From contig JBJMGE010000006.1 in NCBI GenBank assembly GCA_045808085.1, forward strand, positions 144,194 to 208,193: a DNA stretch of 64,000 bases. The letters are read 5' to 3'. The notes beneath the pieces are model-generated. The model worked only from the letters and a program-made list of their open reading frames with translations. It made no database searches and was not told the DNA's origin. Each line of letters opens with the position of its first letter. Position 1 is the stretch's first letter. Positions 56,403 through 64,000 of this stretch are shown here, in pieces. This DNA is from Terriglobales bacterium (GTDB taxonomy: Bacteria; Acidobacteriota; Terriglobia; Terriglobales; Acidobacteriaceae). Position numbers and translations under genes: made by a program.

Positions 56403-57641
56403 TTACTTGTTCAGGATTTCCATCATGTAGTCGCTGATTTCCGGCGAGTTCATCAGTGACATCTTTGAGATCAGCGATCTCTTCAACTCGGGGTTGGTTT
56501 CCTTTTTAGCCAGAGCGACCATCTCTTTCCCGGCGCCGTGGAGAAACAGTGCATTGATGACTTTCTTTTTTATCGCGAGATCGGCTTGTGAGTTATAGAC
56601 CTTGGTCAAGGCAGCCAGGCTTTCGTCTCCGCCAACCAGGCCAAGGGTATTGATGGCCTTATCAAGTACGGCCGGATCCTTTTCTGCCTGTACAATCTCC
56701 GCCAGCTCGTGCGAGCATCCGCAGAGCAGCATGGCACCGACAGCCTCTTCCCGCGTCTGAACATCAGGCGAGTTCTTATAGAAATCGAGCAGTTCGGCGC
56801 GGCCGCCCATCATGCCCAGATAGTGAATCGCTTCGCGGCGGAGCTCAGGATTCTTCTCCGTCTTCGCCAGAGCCGCTACGTCATCTTTACAGCTGCACAT
56901 GAGCCACGCTTGAAAAACCGACTTTTTCACGCCCATGTCAGTGGAAGAGTTATAGATTTCTTTCAATACGGCCCGGTTGCGCGGATTGCCGTTCATTCCC
57001 AGGTTACGTATTGCGCGCTTCTGCAGGTCTGGCTGATTGTTCGCCTTGGCCAGCCCCATCAGTATCTGCTGGGCTTTCTCTGAGCCGCTTTGCGAGAGCA
57101 CGAAAAGTGCCCTTTCCTTCAGCTTCGGCGAGTAATTTCCCGTGATGATTTTTTCCAGAAGCGGAACGGCCTTCTCCGGATCAGAATTCATCAGGCTCTG
57201 GATGGCCAGCAGCTTGAGTTCTTCGTCAGAGATGTTTTCCGGATTGCCGCCGCCGCGAATATCCTGCTCCAGCGCGCCGGCATCGCGCAGCCAATTGCTC
57301 TTGGGATAGTTTTTGCGCAACTCGCCGATGGCGGTCAGCGCCTGGGGCTTATTGCCTGCCTTGTTCAGCGCGTAGGCCTTCCAGTACATTGCGCCATCAG
57401 CCCGGCGGCCATGAATCTTTGCCACTTCATCGAACTGCTTGATGGCGTTAGCGTATTCGCCGTTATCCAGCGCGTCCTTGGCAGATTGATAAAGCTCGTC
57501 TTCATGAGCATTGGCTTTCTCCGTGGTCTGGGGATCGAGGAGTGAAGCCGACGGGACTTGCTGCGCGCCAGCGGCCGAAGCCAGTCCGAGAGAAAAAACA
57601 GTATTTAAAAATAAAATCAGGAATAATTTGCGATTCATCAT
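56403..57641 (-). CDS. Secreted TPR + HEAT-repeat protein
   Basis: Signal peptide 'LILFLNTVFSLGLASAAGA'. TPR-like 'YQSAKDALDNGEYANAIKQFDEV...YWKAYAL' is followed by HEAT-like repeats. Confidence 0.7.
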   Translation of the reverse strand: MMNRKLFLILFLNTVFSLGLASAAGAQQVPSASLLDPQTTEKANAHEDELYQSAKDALDNGEYANAIKQFDEVAKIHGRRADGAMYWKAYALNKAGNKPQALTAIGELRKNYPKSNWLRDAGALEQDIRGGGNPENISDEELKLLAIQSLMNSDPEKAVPLLEKIITGNYSPKLKERALFVLSQSGSEKAQQILMGLAKANNQPDLQKRAIRNLGMNGNPRNRAVLKEIYNSSTDMGVKKSVFQAWLMCSCKDDVAALAKTEKNPELRREAIHYLGMMGGRAELLDFYKNSPDVQTREEAVGAMLLCGCSHELAEIVQAEKDPAVLDKAINTLGLVGGDESLAALTKVYNSQADLAIKKKVINALFLHGAGKEMVALAKKETNPELKRSLISKMSLMNSPEISDYMMEILNK

Positions 57642-57644
57642 TGG

Positions 57645-58412
57645 TTATAGCCTCTGGTTTACGCTGCCGCCGGAAAGCTCCGGGCGGCGCACTTTTGAAT
57701 TCACTTCAGAACCAACTACCCGTACCTTGAACAACAGCCCTTCAGACTGGATGGTGTGGCGCACCTGCTCCAGATCCTGGGGTGAAACTTCCGCGGGGCC
57801 GTTGGCGATCTCCGCCAGCACGCGGCCTAATTGATCGAGCAATCGAGCGACCTGCGGATCGCCGGCCTGCTGCGAGCTCACGCGATAGAGATGGTTGCTA
57901 TCCAGCAGCTCACGGGCTTGGGCCTGCTCACTGGAAAAATTAATAGAACCCTTTGTGTCCGCATTCATGATTTCCACCAGCAGCATTTGCGAGCGCTCCA
58001 GGTGATCGCCTACGGCGACCAAAATCACCCGCTGCGGATTGACCTGTGCAGGCGATTGTTGCGCTATTTGTTGGCCAGGACGCGGCCAGAAGCGTCCCGC
58101 CAGAAATGCTGCGGCCAGCAGCAGGGCCATTACTGCTGCGAATGCCCATTTCGGCGGCGACGGTCTGAGCAATCGCCGGAGAAAGCCGCCCTTTTCCGGC
58201 AAACGATCGCGCAGGTTGAGCCATGTCTTCTCTTCAAATCCGGCAGACGGTTCAGGGACTTCCAGCGGCTCAATCTGCTGGAGCGTGGACTGGACGCGCG
58301 CAAACTCGGCGCGGCATTCCGGGCAGCCGGCCAGATGGCGCTCAACCTCTGCTGCTTCTTCGGCGTCGCCGTAATAATGCAATACGATTTGTTCTTCACT
58401 GAGATGGTTCAT
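57645..58412 (-). CDS. Anti-sigma factor (zf-HC2 type, single TM)
   Basis: 'H..GCPECRAEF' zinc motif and TM helix 'WAFAAVMALLLAAAFLAG'. 4-nt overlap with the sigma gene. Confidence 0.85.
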   Translation of the reverse strand: MNHLSEEQIVLHYYGDAEEAAEVERHLAGCPECRAEFARVQSTLQQIEPLEVPEPSAGFEEKTWLNLRDRLPEKGGFLRRLLRPSPPKWAFAAVMALLLAAAFLAGRFWPRPGQQIAQQSPAQVNPQRVILVAVGDHLERSQMLLVEIMNADTKGSINFSSEQAQARELLDSNHLYRVSSQQAGDPQVARLLDQLGRVLAEIANGPAEVSPQDLEQVRHTIQSEGLLFKVRVVGSEVNSKVRRPELSGGSVNQRL

Positions 58413-59038
58413 TTCACTGTACTCCCACCGAATCGCGCTCCACGCGTTGAAGATCCCGGACCGGCATAAGGGTCAAGTTGTTGTCTGAGTTTCTGCACGG
58501 CGCGGAACACGCTGTTCTTGGCGGCGCTGGCCTTAAGGTTCAACGTCTGGCTGATTTCTTCAATCGACCGCCCTTCCATGTGGCGCATGGTAAAAGCCAC
58601 ACGTTCCGCAGGCGTCAGCAGGCCCAGAGCTCCGGCAATTTTCTGCTTCATCTCTGAGCTGAGCAGAAGACGGTCAGGACCGGGAGTGGACGTGGGCAGT
58701 TGCACCTGGTTGCTTTCGTCTGCCTCCGGTTGATCAACGATCTGATAAGTATCTTTCGTCTGCATATGCGTTTTTCTCGCGCTCAGGAAGTCAAGCGTGC
58801 GATTTACCGCGATCCGGTAGAGCCAAGTGCTGAAGTTGGCGCGGAGTTCAAAACGCTCCAGGCTCTTATAGGCCCGCAGGAAAGTTTCCTGGACAAGTTC
58901 TTCCGTATCCTGCTGGTTTCCGGTCATGCGGTAGACCACGCGAAAGATGCTGCGCGAATGGCGATCAACCAGGACACGAAAAGCGTCTCTGTCGCCGGCC
59001 AGGACCTGCGCCACTACCGCTGCATCTGTAACTTCCAT
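58409..59038 (-). CDS. ECF-family RNA polymerase sigma factor
   Basis: 'DTEELVQETFLRAYKSL...STWLYRIAVNRTLDFL' and 'ERVAFTMRHMEGRSIEEISQTLNLKASAAKNSVFRAVQKLR'. Confidence 0.9.
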   Translation of the reverse strand: MEVTDAAVVAQVLAGDRDAFRVLVDRHSRSIFRVVYRMTGNQQDTEELVQETFLRAYKSLERFELRANFSTWLYRIAVNRTLDFLSARKTHMQTKDTYQIVDQPEADESNQVQLPTSTPGPDRLLLSSEMKQKIAGALGLLTPAERVAFTMRHMEGRSIEEISQTLNLKASAAKNSVFRAVQKLRQQLDPYAGPGSSTRGARFGGSTVK

Positions 59039-59084
59039 TCGATTAAGTTAGACCGGATTTGAGGGAAGCGGTTAGGTTTTCTTC

Positions 59085-59181
59085 ACCGCAAAGGTCGCTA
59101 AGGACGCAAAGTAGAAAAGAGCTTTTTAGGCAGCTAATGCCACGCGTTCCCATTCCTTTGCGACCGTTGCGTCCTTTGCGG
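59085..59181. repeat. REP-like inverted pair ('ACCGCAAAGG.CGC' family)
   Basis: accgcaaaggtcgctaaggacgcaaag (59085-59111) versus cctttgcgaccgttgcgtcctttgcggt (59154-59181). Confidence 0.7.
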
Positions 59182-59185
59182 TAAA

Positions 59186-60616
59186 TCAGGAATTTTCGAT
59201 GAAAGAAGCGACTCTCAGCGCGGTGCTTTCATCAAAATGTTTTCCCAGTACCTGCAGCCCTATCGGAAGGCCTGACGCGGTATGGCCGCATGGGACGCTA
59301 ATCCCCGGAATACCAGCCAGATCGGCAGTAACGGTGTAGATGTCGGCCAGATACATGGATAAGGGATCGTCGGATTTTTCTCCCAGCTTAAAAGCTGGGG
59401 TAGGAGCAGTCGGCGTGACGATGGCATCCACTTTCTGGAAAGCCTGTTCGAAATCGCGCGTCAGCAAAGTACGAACGCGCTGGGCTTTCAGGTAGTAGGC
59501 GTCGTAATAGCCGGAGCTGAGCGCATAAGTCCCAAGCATGATGCGGCGTTTTACCTCGGTGCCAAAAGCCTCGTCGCGGCTCTTGCGATACATCTCAGTA
59601 AGCGTGCGTACGCCTTTGGCGCGATAGCCATAGCGAACCCCATCAAAGCGGGCCAGGTTGGCAGAAGCTTCCGCCGTGGCAATTACATAATAGGTAGGAA
59701 TTGCGTAAGCCGTGTGCGGCAGTGAAATGGGGATGATCTCGCATCCGGCAGCGCGCAGCCTGGAGATGCCAGCCTCGACCGCCTCGCGAACTTCAGGATC
59801 CAAGCCCTCACCAAAATATTCTTTAGGCACGCCGATCTTCAGTCCAGCCACCGATTGCATGAGATCGGCTTCGTAATCGGGCACAGGCACGTCAGCAGAT
59901 GTTGAATCCAGCGGATCGCGTCCGGCGATTACGCGGAGCAGAATCGCTGCATCTTTCACCGTCTTAGTGAGCGGGCCAATGTGATCGAGAGAAGAAGCAA
60001 ATGCAATCAGCCCGTAACGCGATACGCGCCCGTAAGTCGGCATGAGCCCGACTACTCCGCAGAATGAAGCTGGCTGACGAATAGAGCCGCCCGTGTCAGA
60101 GCCAAGAGTCGCCACCACAGTGCCCGCCGCAACGGCTGCGGCAGAGCCTCCGCTGGAACCGCCGGGAACGCGTGACTTGTCGCGAGGATTGTGTACTGGC
60201 CCATACGCTGAATTCTCGTTCGAGGAACCCATGGCGAACTCGTCACAATTCATCTTACCCAGGACGATTGCGCCAGCGGTTTCAAGCCGCGCCACAGCAG
60301 TGCAATCGTAAGGCGGAATAAATTTTTCTAAAATCTTTGAACCAGCGGTAGTGCGGACTCCCTTAGTGACCATCACATCTTTGATCCCGACCGGAACGCC
60401 CGCCAGCGACGGCAGAGGGTCGCCTTTGGTCACCAGAGTGTCGATGCGCTTTGCCTGCTTTAAAGCGCGATCTTCAGAAAGAGTTAGATAGGCGTGAATC
60501 TCAGGGTCTTCAGCCTTGATCTTGTCATAAAACCGCTCTACCAGTTCGGACGCGGTGATTTGCTTTGCCGCGATTGCGGTCCGGGTGGAGTCGATCGTTA
60601 GCGAGTTCAGGTCCAT
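59186..60616 (-). CDS. gatA: Asp/Glu-tRNA(Asn/Gln) amidotransferase subunit A
   Basis: Amidase signature '[14 protein letters not shown]...[12 protein letters not shown]'. Located next to gatC. Confidence 0.95.
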   Translation of the reverse strand: MDLNSLTIDSTRTAIAAKQITASELVERFYDKIKAEDPEIHAYLTLSEDRALKQAKRIDTLVTKGDPLPSLAGVPVGIKDVMVTKGVRTTAGSKILEKFIPPYDCTAVARLETAGAIVLGKMNCDEFAMGSSNENSAYGPVHNPRDKSRVPGGSSGGSAAAVAAGTVVATLGSDTGGSIRQPASFCGVVGLMPTYGRVSRYGLIAFASSLDHIGPLTKTVKDAAILLRVIAGRDPLDSTSADVPVPDYEADLMQSVAGLKIGVPKEYFGEGLDPEVREAVEAGISRLRAAGCEIIPISLPHTAYAIPTYYVIATAEASANLARFDGVRYGYRAKGVRTLTEMYRKSRDEAFGTEVKRRIMLGTYALSSGYYDAYYLKAQRVRTLLTRDFEQAFQKVDAIVTPTAPTPAFKLGEKSDDPLSMYLADIYTVTADLAGIPGISVPCGHTASGLPIGLQVLGKHFDESTALRVASFIENS

Positions 60617-60647
60617 TGCGTTCTACTCAAGCAAAAACAAAAAATCT

Positions 60648-60675
60648 CACCACGGAGGCACGGAGACGCGGAGAA
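60648..60675. repeat. Single REP copy related to the CACAGAGG family
   Basis: 'caccacggaggcacggagacgcggagaa', compared with 22887-22912. Confidence 0.5.
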
Positions 60676-60699
60676 AACCAAAACCTTTGGAGATGAGCT

Positions 60700-61026
60700 T
60701 CATTTTTCTATTACTCTAGGAACCTTGAAGAAATCACCATCCGTTTCAGGGGCATTGCTCATCGCTTCATTGTGCGGCAACGATGGGAGCGGATCGTCTT
60801 CACGCCAAGCCGCGCTGATGCCATCGCCCTGATTTCCATCCGACTGGACAAGTTTTCCCGATAATTGCGCCATGGGTGGAACATTGGATGTATCCAGCTC
60901 ATTCAGGCGGTCGATATATTCCAGAATCGAATTCAGGTCTTTGAGCATGCGCTGGCGCTCCTGGTCGGTTAGCTCCAGGTTTGCCAGATCGGCAACGTAG
61001 ACGACGTCTTTTTCAGTGACTTTCAT
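60700..61026 (-). CDS. gatC: Asp/Glu-tRNA(Asn/Gln) amidotransferase subunit C
   Basis: 'MKVTEKDVVYVADLANLELTDQE...L..IL.YI..L.ELDT'. Confidence 0.9.
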   Translation of the reverse strand: MKVTEKDVVYVADLANLELTDQERQRMLKDLNSILEYIDRLNELDTSNVPPMAQLSGKLVQSDGNQGDGISAAWREDDPLPSLPHNEAMSNAPETDGDFFKVPRVIEK

Positions 61027-61032
61027 TGTTAG

Positions 61033-61127
61033 CACTCAGCGGTCAGCAATCAGCAGTCAGTAAAAGCAATTGGCAAATGGCAATTGGCTTTTGGCCCTTA
61101 GCCATTAGCCTTTGCTGATCAGCTATT
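61033..61127. repeat. REP-like low-complexity block (CAGCAGTCAG / GCAATTGGC motifs)
   Basis: 'cactcagcggtcagcaatcagcagtcag' is the inverse of the CTGA(G/C)TG run at 61186-61230 inside the next gene. Confidence 0.6.
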
Positions 61128-61502
61128 CTAAATCTTCTTTTTATTAGGCCGGGTTGCGGGTGTCAAAGCTGGACGAACCGGTTTGGCTGAATGCTGAGTG
61201 CTGAGTGCTGACTGCTGACTTGCTGACTGCTTCACTTTAAACTGCACGCTCTTTACCACCTGTCCCAGTAATCCTTCATATCCGTTGAGGTATCTTGAGG
61301 CAAAGGACTGGAGTTGGTTGCGCCAGCTCACGTCAGAAACTTCTATAGTCAAAGTGCCGTCCGAAAAGCTTACGGCCGTAGTGCGGGCCGCCACCTCTTT
61401 GCCGCAGACCAGCGGCCACGCCAGCATCACAGCTTCTTCTTGAGGGCGGGCGCGCAACAGGTCCTGCATGATCTGGCGCAAACCTGTGCGTACGGACTCC
61501 AT
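61128..61502 (-). CDS. DUF721 (DciA-like) domain protein
   Basis: 'AWPLVCGKEVAARTTAVSFSDGTLTIEVSDVSWRNQL', the typical DUF721 core. The C-terminal tail is encoded by a REP-like repeat. Confidence 0.65.
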   Translation of the reverse strand: MESVRTGLRQIMQDLLRARPQEEAVMLAWPLVCGKEVAARTTAVSFSDGTLTIEVSDVSWRNQLQSFASRYLNGYEGLLGQVVKSVQFKVKQSASQQSALSTQHSAKPVRPALTPATRPNKKKI

Positions 61503-61855
61503 TTATCAGCTCCCGTTGAAAGTTTTAATTTTAGCAGTTGTAGTGCGATCAATTTTCTTCATCGGCGGCAATAAGACTTTGGATAGAAGAGCGGCTCGCA
61601 GCAGCTCATCCCATGCGATATGAAACGTGAGGCCATGACCCGTAGTGCTTTAAATCCAATGACTTAGCTGTGTTTTAGCCTCACCGTTTAATGCTGAGAG
61701 AAACCGCTGAACCATTATTTACACCCGTTCGGGCAAACCTTGTTAAACAAAGTGGCGGCAGGCAATTATTATAATCTTGAAATCATTATCCCGTTTTGTT
61801 TCTGTCTCATAGCTTGGAAGAGGGGCGCCGAGCGGCGCAAGGAGAGGCACAACTA

Positions 61856-63976
61856 ATGCACAAGCCGGTAAAGTACGCAGAAAAAGTACTGACTTATGGA
61901 GCCAAAGGCGCATGGGCGGTTTTTGAAAAGATCAACAGCATCAAGCCGCGTCCTTCATTCACGCCAAAATGGTCAGACAAGCCGATATTGAAGTCATGGG
62001 AGAAGACGAAGCCGCCGCTCGGCTGGCCTCGCTCCACGGACTCTTTGTGCCCCAAGTGCGTGCCCGAAATCCGGCAGCAGATTGTTGACGGCAAATTGCC
62101 GCACGAGATCCTGCTCAATGAAAAGGCCGGCGAGATCAAAGCCACCATCGTGGAGCGCGATGGCAAAATCCTGATGGTGAAGGATTGCCCGCTGCACGGC
62201 CACTTTGAAGATGTGATGGCCGTTGACGTTGAGTTCTTCAAGCACCTTGAAGAAGTTTTTCCGGGCCGCGACATTGCCGCGCATAACGACGAAAAGCTTC
62301 ATAATCATGGCACCAGCACGGTAAAGCACGGCCGCGGATCGGTGCTAACCATTGATCTGACCAATCGTTGCAACATGATGTGCGATCCTTGCTTCATGGA
62401 CGCGACCCAGGTCGGCTTTGTGCATGAGCTGACTTGGGAAGAAATCAAGACCATGCTGGACAACGCGATCTCCATCAAACCGCGTCGCCAGATGTCAGTC
62501 CAGTTCTCCGGCGGCGAGCCCACGCTGTCTCCGTACTTCCTGGATGCAGTCCGCTACGCGCGCCAGGTTGGATACAACTCAGTACAGGCTGCGACCAACG
62601 GAATCGAATTCGCAAAATCTCCTGAGTTCTGCCGCCAGGCCGCTGAAGCCGGTCTGCGCTATGCCTACCTGCAGTTTGACGGTATCGGCAACGCTGCGAA
62701 CTCGCATCGTCAGGTCGGGAACCTGTTTGACGTGAAGCTGCGCGCCATCCACAACCTGCATGAAAACGGCGTCGACATTGTTCCGGTTACCACCATCATC
62801 AACGGCATCAACAATGAGCAGGTAGGTCGCATCATCCAGTTTGCGCTGGACAATCCCAAGACCATCAGCTTCCTGAGCTTCCAGCCCGTTTCATTCACTG
62901 GTCGCGATGAAGAGATTACCGACGACCGTCGCCAGGCGCAGCGCTATACGCTCAGCCATTTGGCGCATGACGTAAAGAACCAGACCGGTCTGGGCGAACC
63001 CAAGCGCGATTGGTTCCCTATCTCGTTTATGTCCACGTTCTCAGATTGGGCTGACCTGATTCATGGTCCCAGCGCAGATTGGGGACAGTTGAGCTGCGGA
63101 TGCCACCCGAACTGCGGCGTCGGAATGGCCGTAATGATTGACAAGGAAACGAAGGAAGCAGTGCCTGTAACGGCGTTCCTGAATGGCGATCGCATCGCGC
63201 AAGACGTGGCCAAGGTAAACGACGCTGGACGCGGACGGTTCCTGTCGGTATTCGGCATGGCGCTGGCTCTGGCCCGGAACTATGATCCGTTCCAGGCTCC
63301 CAAGCACTTCAAGCTGATTGATCTGCTGCGCAAGTTCGATAAGACCTTCGGCGCCACCAAGAAGGCCGACGAAAAATACGGCAAAGTGGACGGCGAGCGC
63401 ACGATTGATGACATCAAGAGGCGCCGCACGGACCGCTGGAATTTCCTGTTCATCGCCGGAATGTGGTTTCAGGACCTTTATAACTATGATTTCCGCCGCA
63501 CCGAGCAGTGCATTATTCCTTACGCTACGCAGGAAGGCGAGATCAGCTTTTGCGCCTATAACACGGGCGTGGGTTGGCGCAACATCATTGAAAAGATGCA
63601 CATGACGGCTACGCTCACTAAGTGGTATGAAGAGCACGGACGTCATGAGATTTTTGCCGGCGGCAAGGCCGTGGGCCTGAACCAGAGCGGCCACAAACTG
63701 AACTTGAATGAGGAGCATGTCCGCGCCGGCCGCAACACCACGCTGGATGAACTGGGCATCGCCAAGACCGCACGCGAAGAAAAGACGCGCGCCCGCGATG
63801 AGAAGCTCAAAAAGAGCGCGGAAGATGCACGTATGGAAGCGCTGTATCGCGAGCACATCCTGAAAGAGCCCAAGCCGGAACCGCAGGGCGGATTCATTCC
63901 TCTTGGCGCTATCGCGCCGGCCGCTCCGAAAGCAGAAGTGAAGCAGGAAAAGAAAGAAGAAGTTTTCGGCGATTAA
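61856..63976 (+). CDS. Large radical-SAM enzyme, Tes/GDGT-MAS-like (candidate membrane-spanning lipid synthase)
   Basis: ATG at 61856 with GGAGAGG upstream. 'CPKC...CPLHGH' at the N-terminus, 'LTNRCNMMCDPCF' (CX3CX2C) in the core, and later Cys clusters 'SCGCHPNCG' and 'CIIPY...FCAYNTG'. Confidence 0.8.
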   Translation: MHKPVKYAEKVLTYGAKGAWAVFEKINSIKPRPSFTPKWSDKPILKSWEKTKPPLGWPRSTDSLCPKCVPEIRQQIVDGKLPHEILLNEKAGEIKATIVERDGKILMVKDCPLHGHFEDVMAVDVEFFKHLEEVFPGRDIAAHNDEKLHNHGTSTVKHGRGSVLTIDLTNRCNMMCDPCFMDATQVGFVHELTWEEIKTMLDNAISIKPRRQMSVQFSGGEPTLSPYFLDAVRYARQVGYNSVQAATNGIEFAKSPEFCRQAAEAGLRYAYLQFDGIGNAANSHRQVGNLFDVKLRAIHNLHENGVDIVPVTTIINGINNEQVGRIIQFALDNPKTISFLSFQPVSFTGRDEEITDDRRQAQRYTLSHLAHDVKNQTGLGEPKRDWFPISFMSTFSDWADLIHGPSADWGQLSCGCHPNCGVGMAVMIDKETKEAVPVTAFLNGDRIAQDVAKVNDAGRGRFLSVFGMALALARNYDPFQAPKHFKLIDLLRKFDKTFGATKKADEKYGKVDGERTIDDIKRRRTDRWNFLFIAGMWFQDLYNYDFRRTEQCIIPYATQEGEISFCAYNTGVGWRNIIEKMHMTATLTKWYEEHGRHEIFAGGKAVGLNQSGHKLNLNEEHVRAGRNTTLDELGIAKTAREEKTRARDEKLKKSAEDARMEALYREHILKEPKPEPQGGFIPLGAIAPAAPKAEVKQEKKEEVFGD

Positions 63977-64000
63977 GCTCGAAAGCTCTACCAAAGAGTA

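Overview
This is a gene-dense 64-kb chromosomal segment with roughly 58 protein-coding genes. I recognised no rRNA, tRNA, CRISPR array, transposase, integrase or phage gene. The gene content and the many REP-like palindromes in convergent gaps look like an Acidobacteriota-type soil bacterium, but that is inference only. All calls come from reading motifs by eye; nothing was searched against a database.

The backbone is housekeeping and stress genes: an MqnA/D-like gene, an RRM RNA-binding protein, csp, acpS, an M13 peptidase, lipA, a GH57 glucan enzyme, a YdiJ-like FAD/FeS oxidase and gatCA. The largest coherent unit is a 13-kb respiratory supercluster at 42120-55124. It encodes Alternative Complex III (actABCDEF), one unassigned membrane-anchored protein, Sco and a caa3-type oxidase (ctaCDEF). 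Three ECF-type sigma modules are present, starting at 26349, 31239 and 58409.

Items most worth follow-up:
1. A 706-aa radical-SAM protein (61856-63976) whose architecture resembles tetraether or membrane-spanning lipid synthases.
2. A PadR regulator, an atypical permease-like protein with a Zn-ribbon tail, and a His-rich secreted protein (16602-19364).
3. A HExxH peptidase plus Ddl-like ATP-grasp operon (20662-22800).
4. A 3 x ~108-bp tandem array (27480-27795).
5. A 780-bp non-coding gap with a palindromic sigma54-like box, a 38-codon SD-preceded ORF and a hairpin terminator (30457-31238).
6. A translationally coupled small-ORF/minimal-nucleotidyltransferase pair (41067-41791).
7. An ECF sigma, anti-sigma, TPR/HEAT and HEAT operon (55282-59038).

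I did not find a clear-cut new defence or mobile system.
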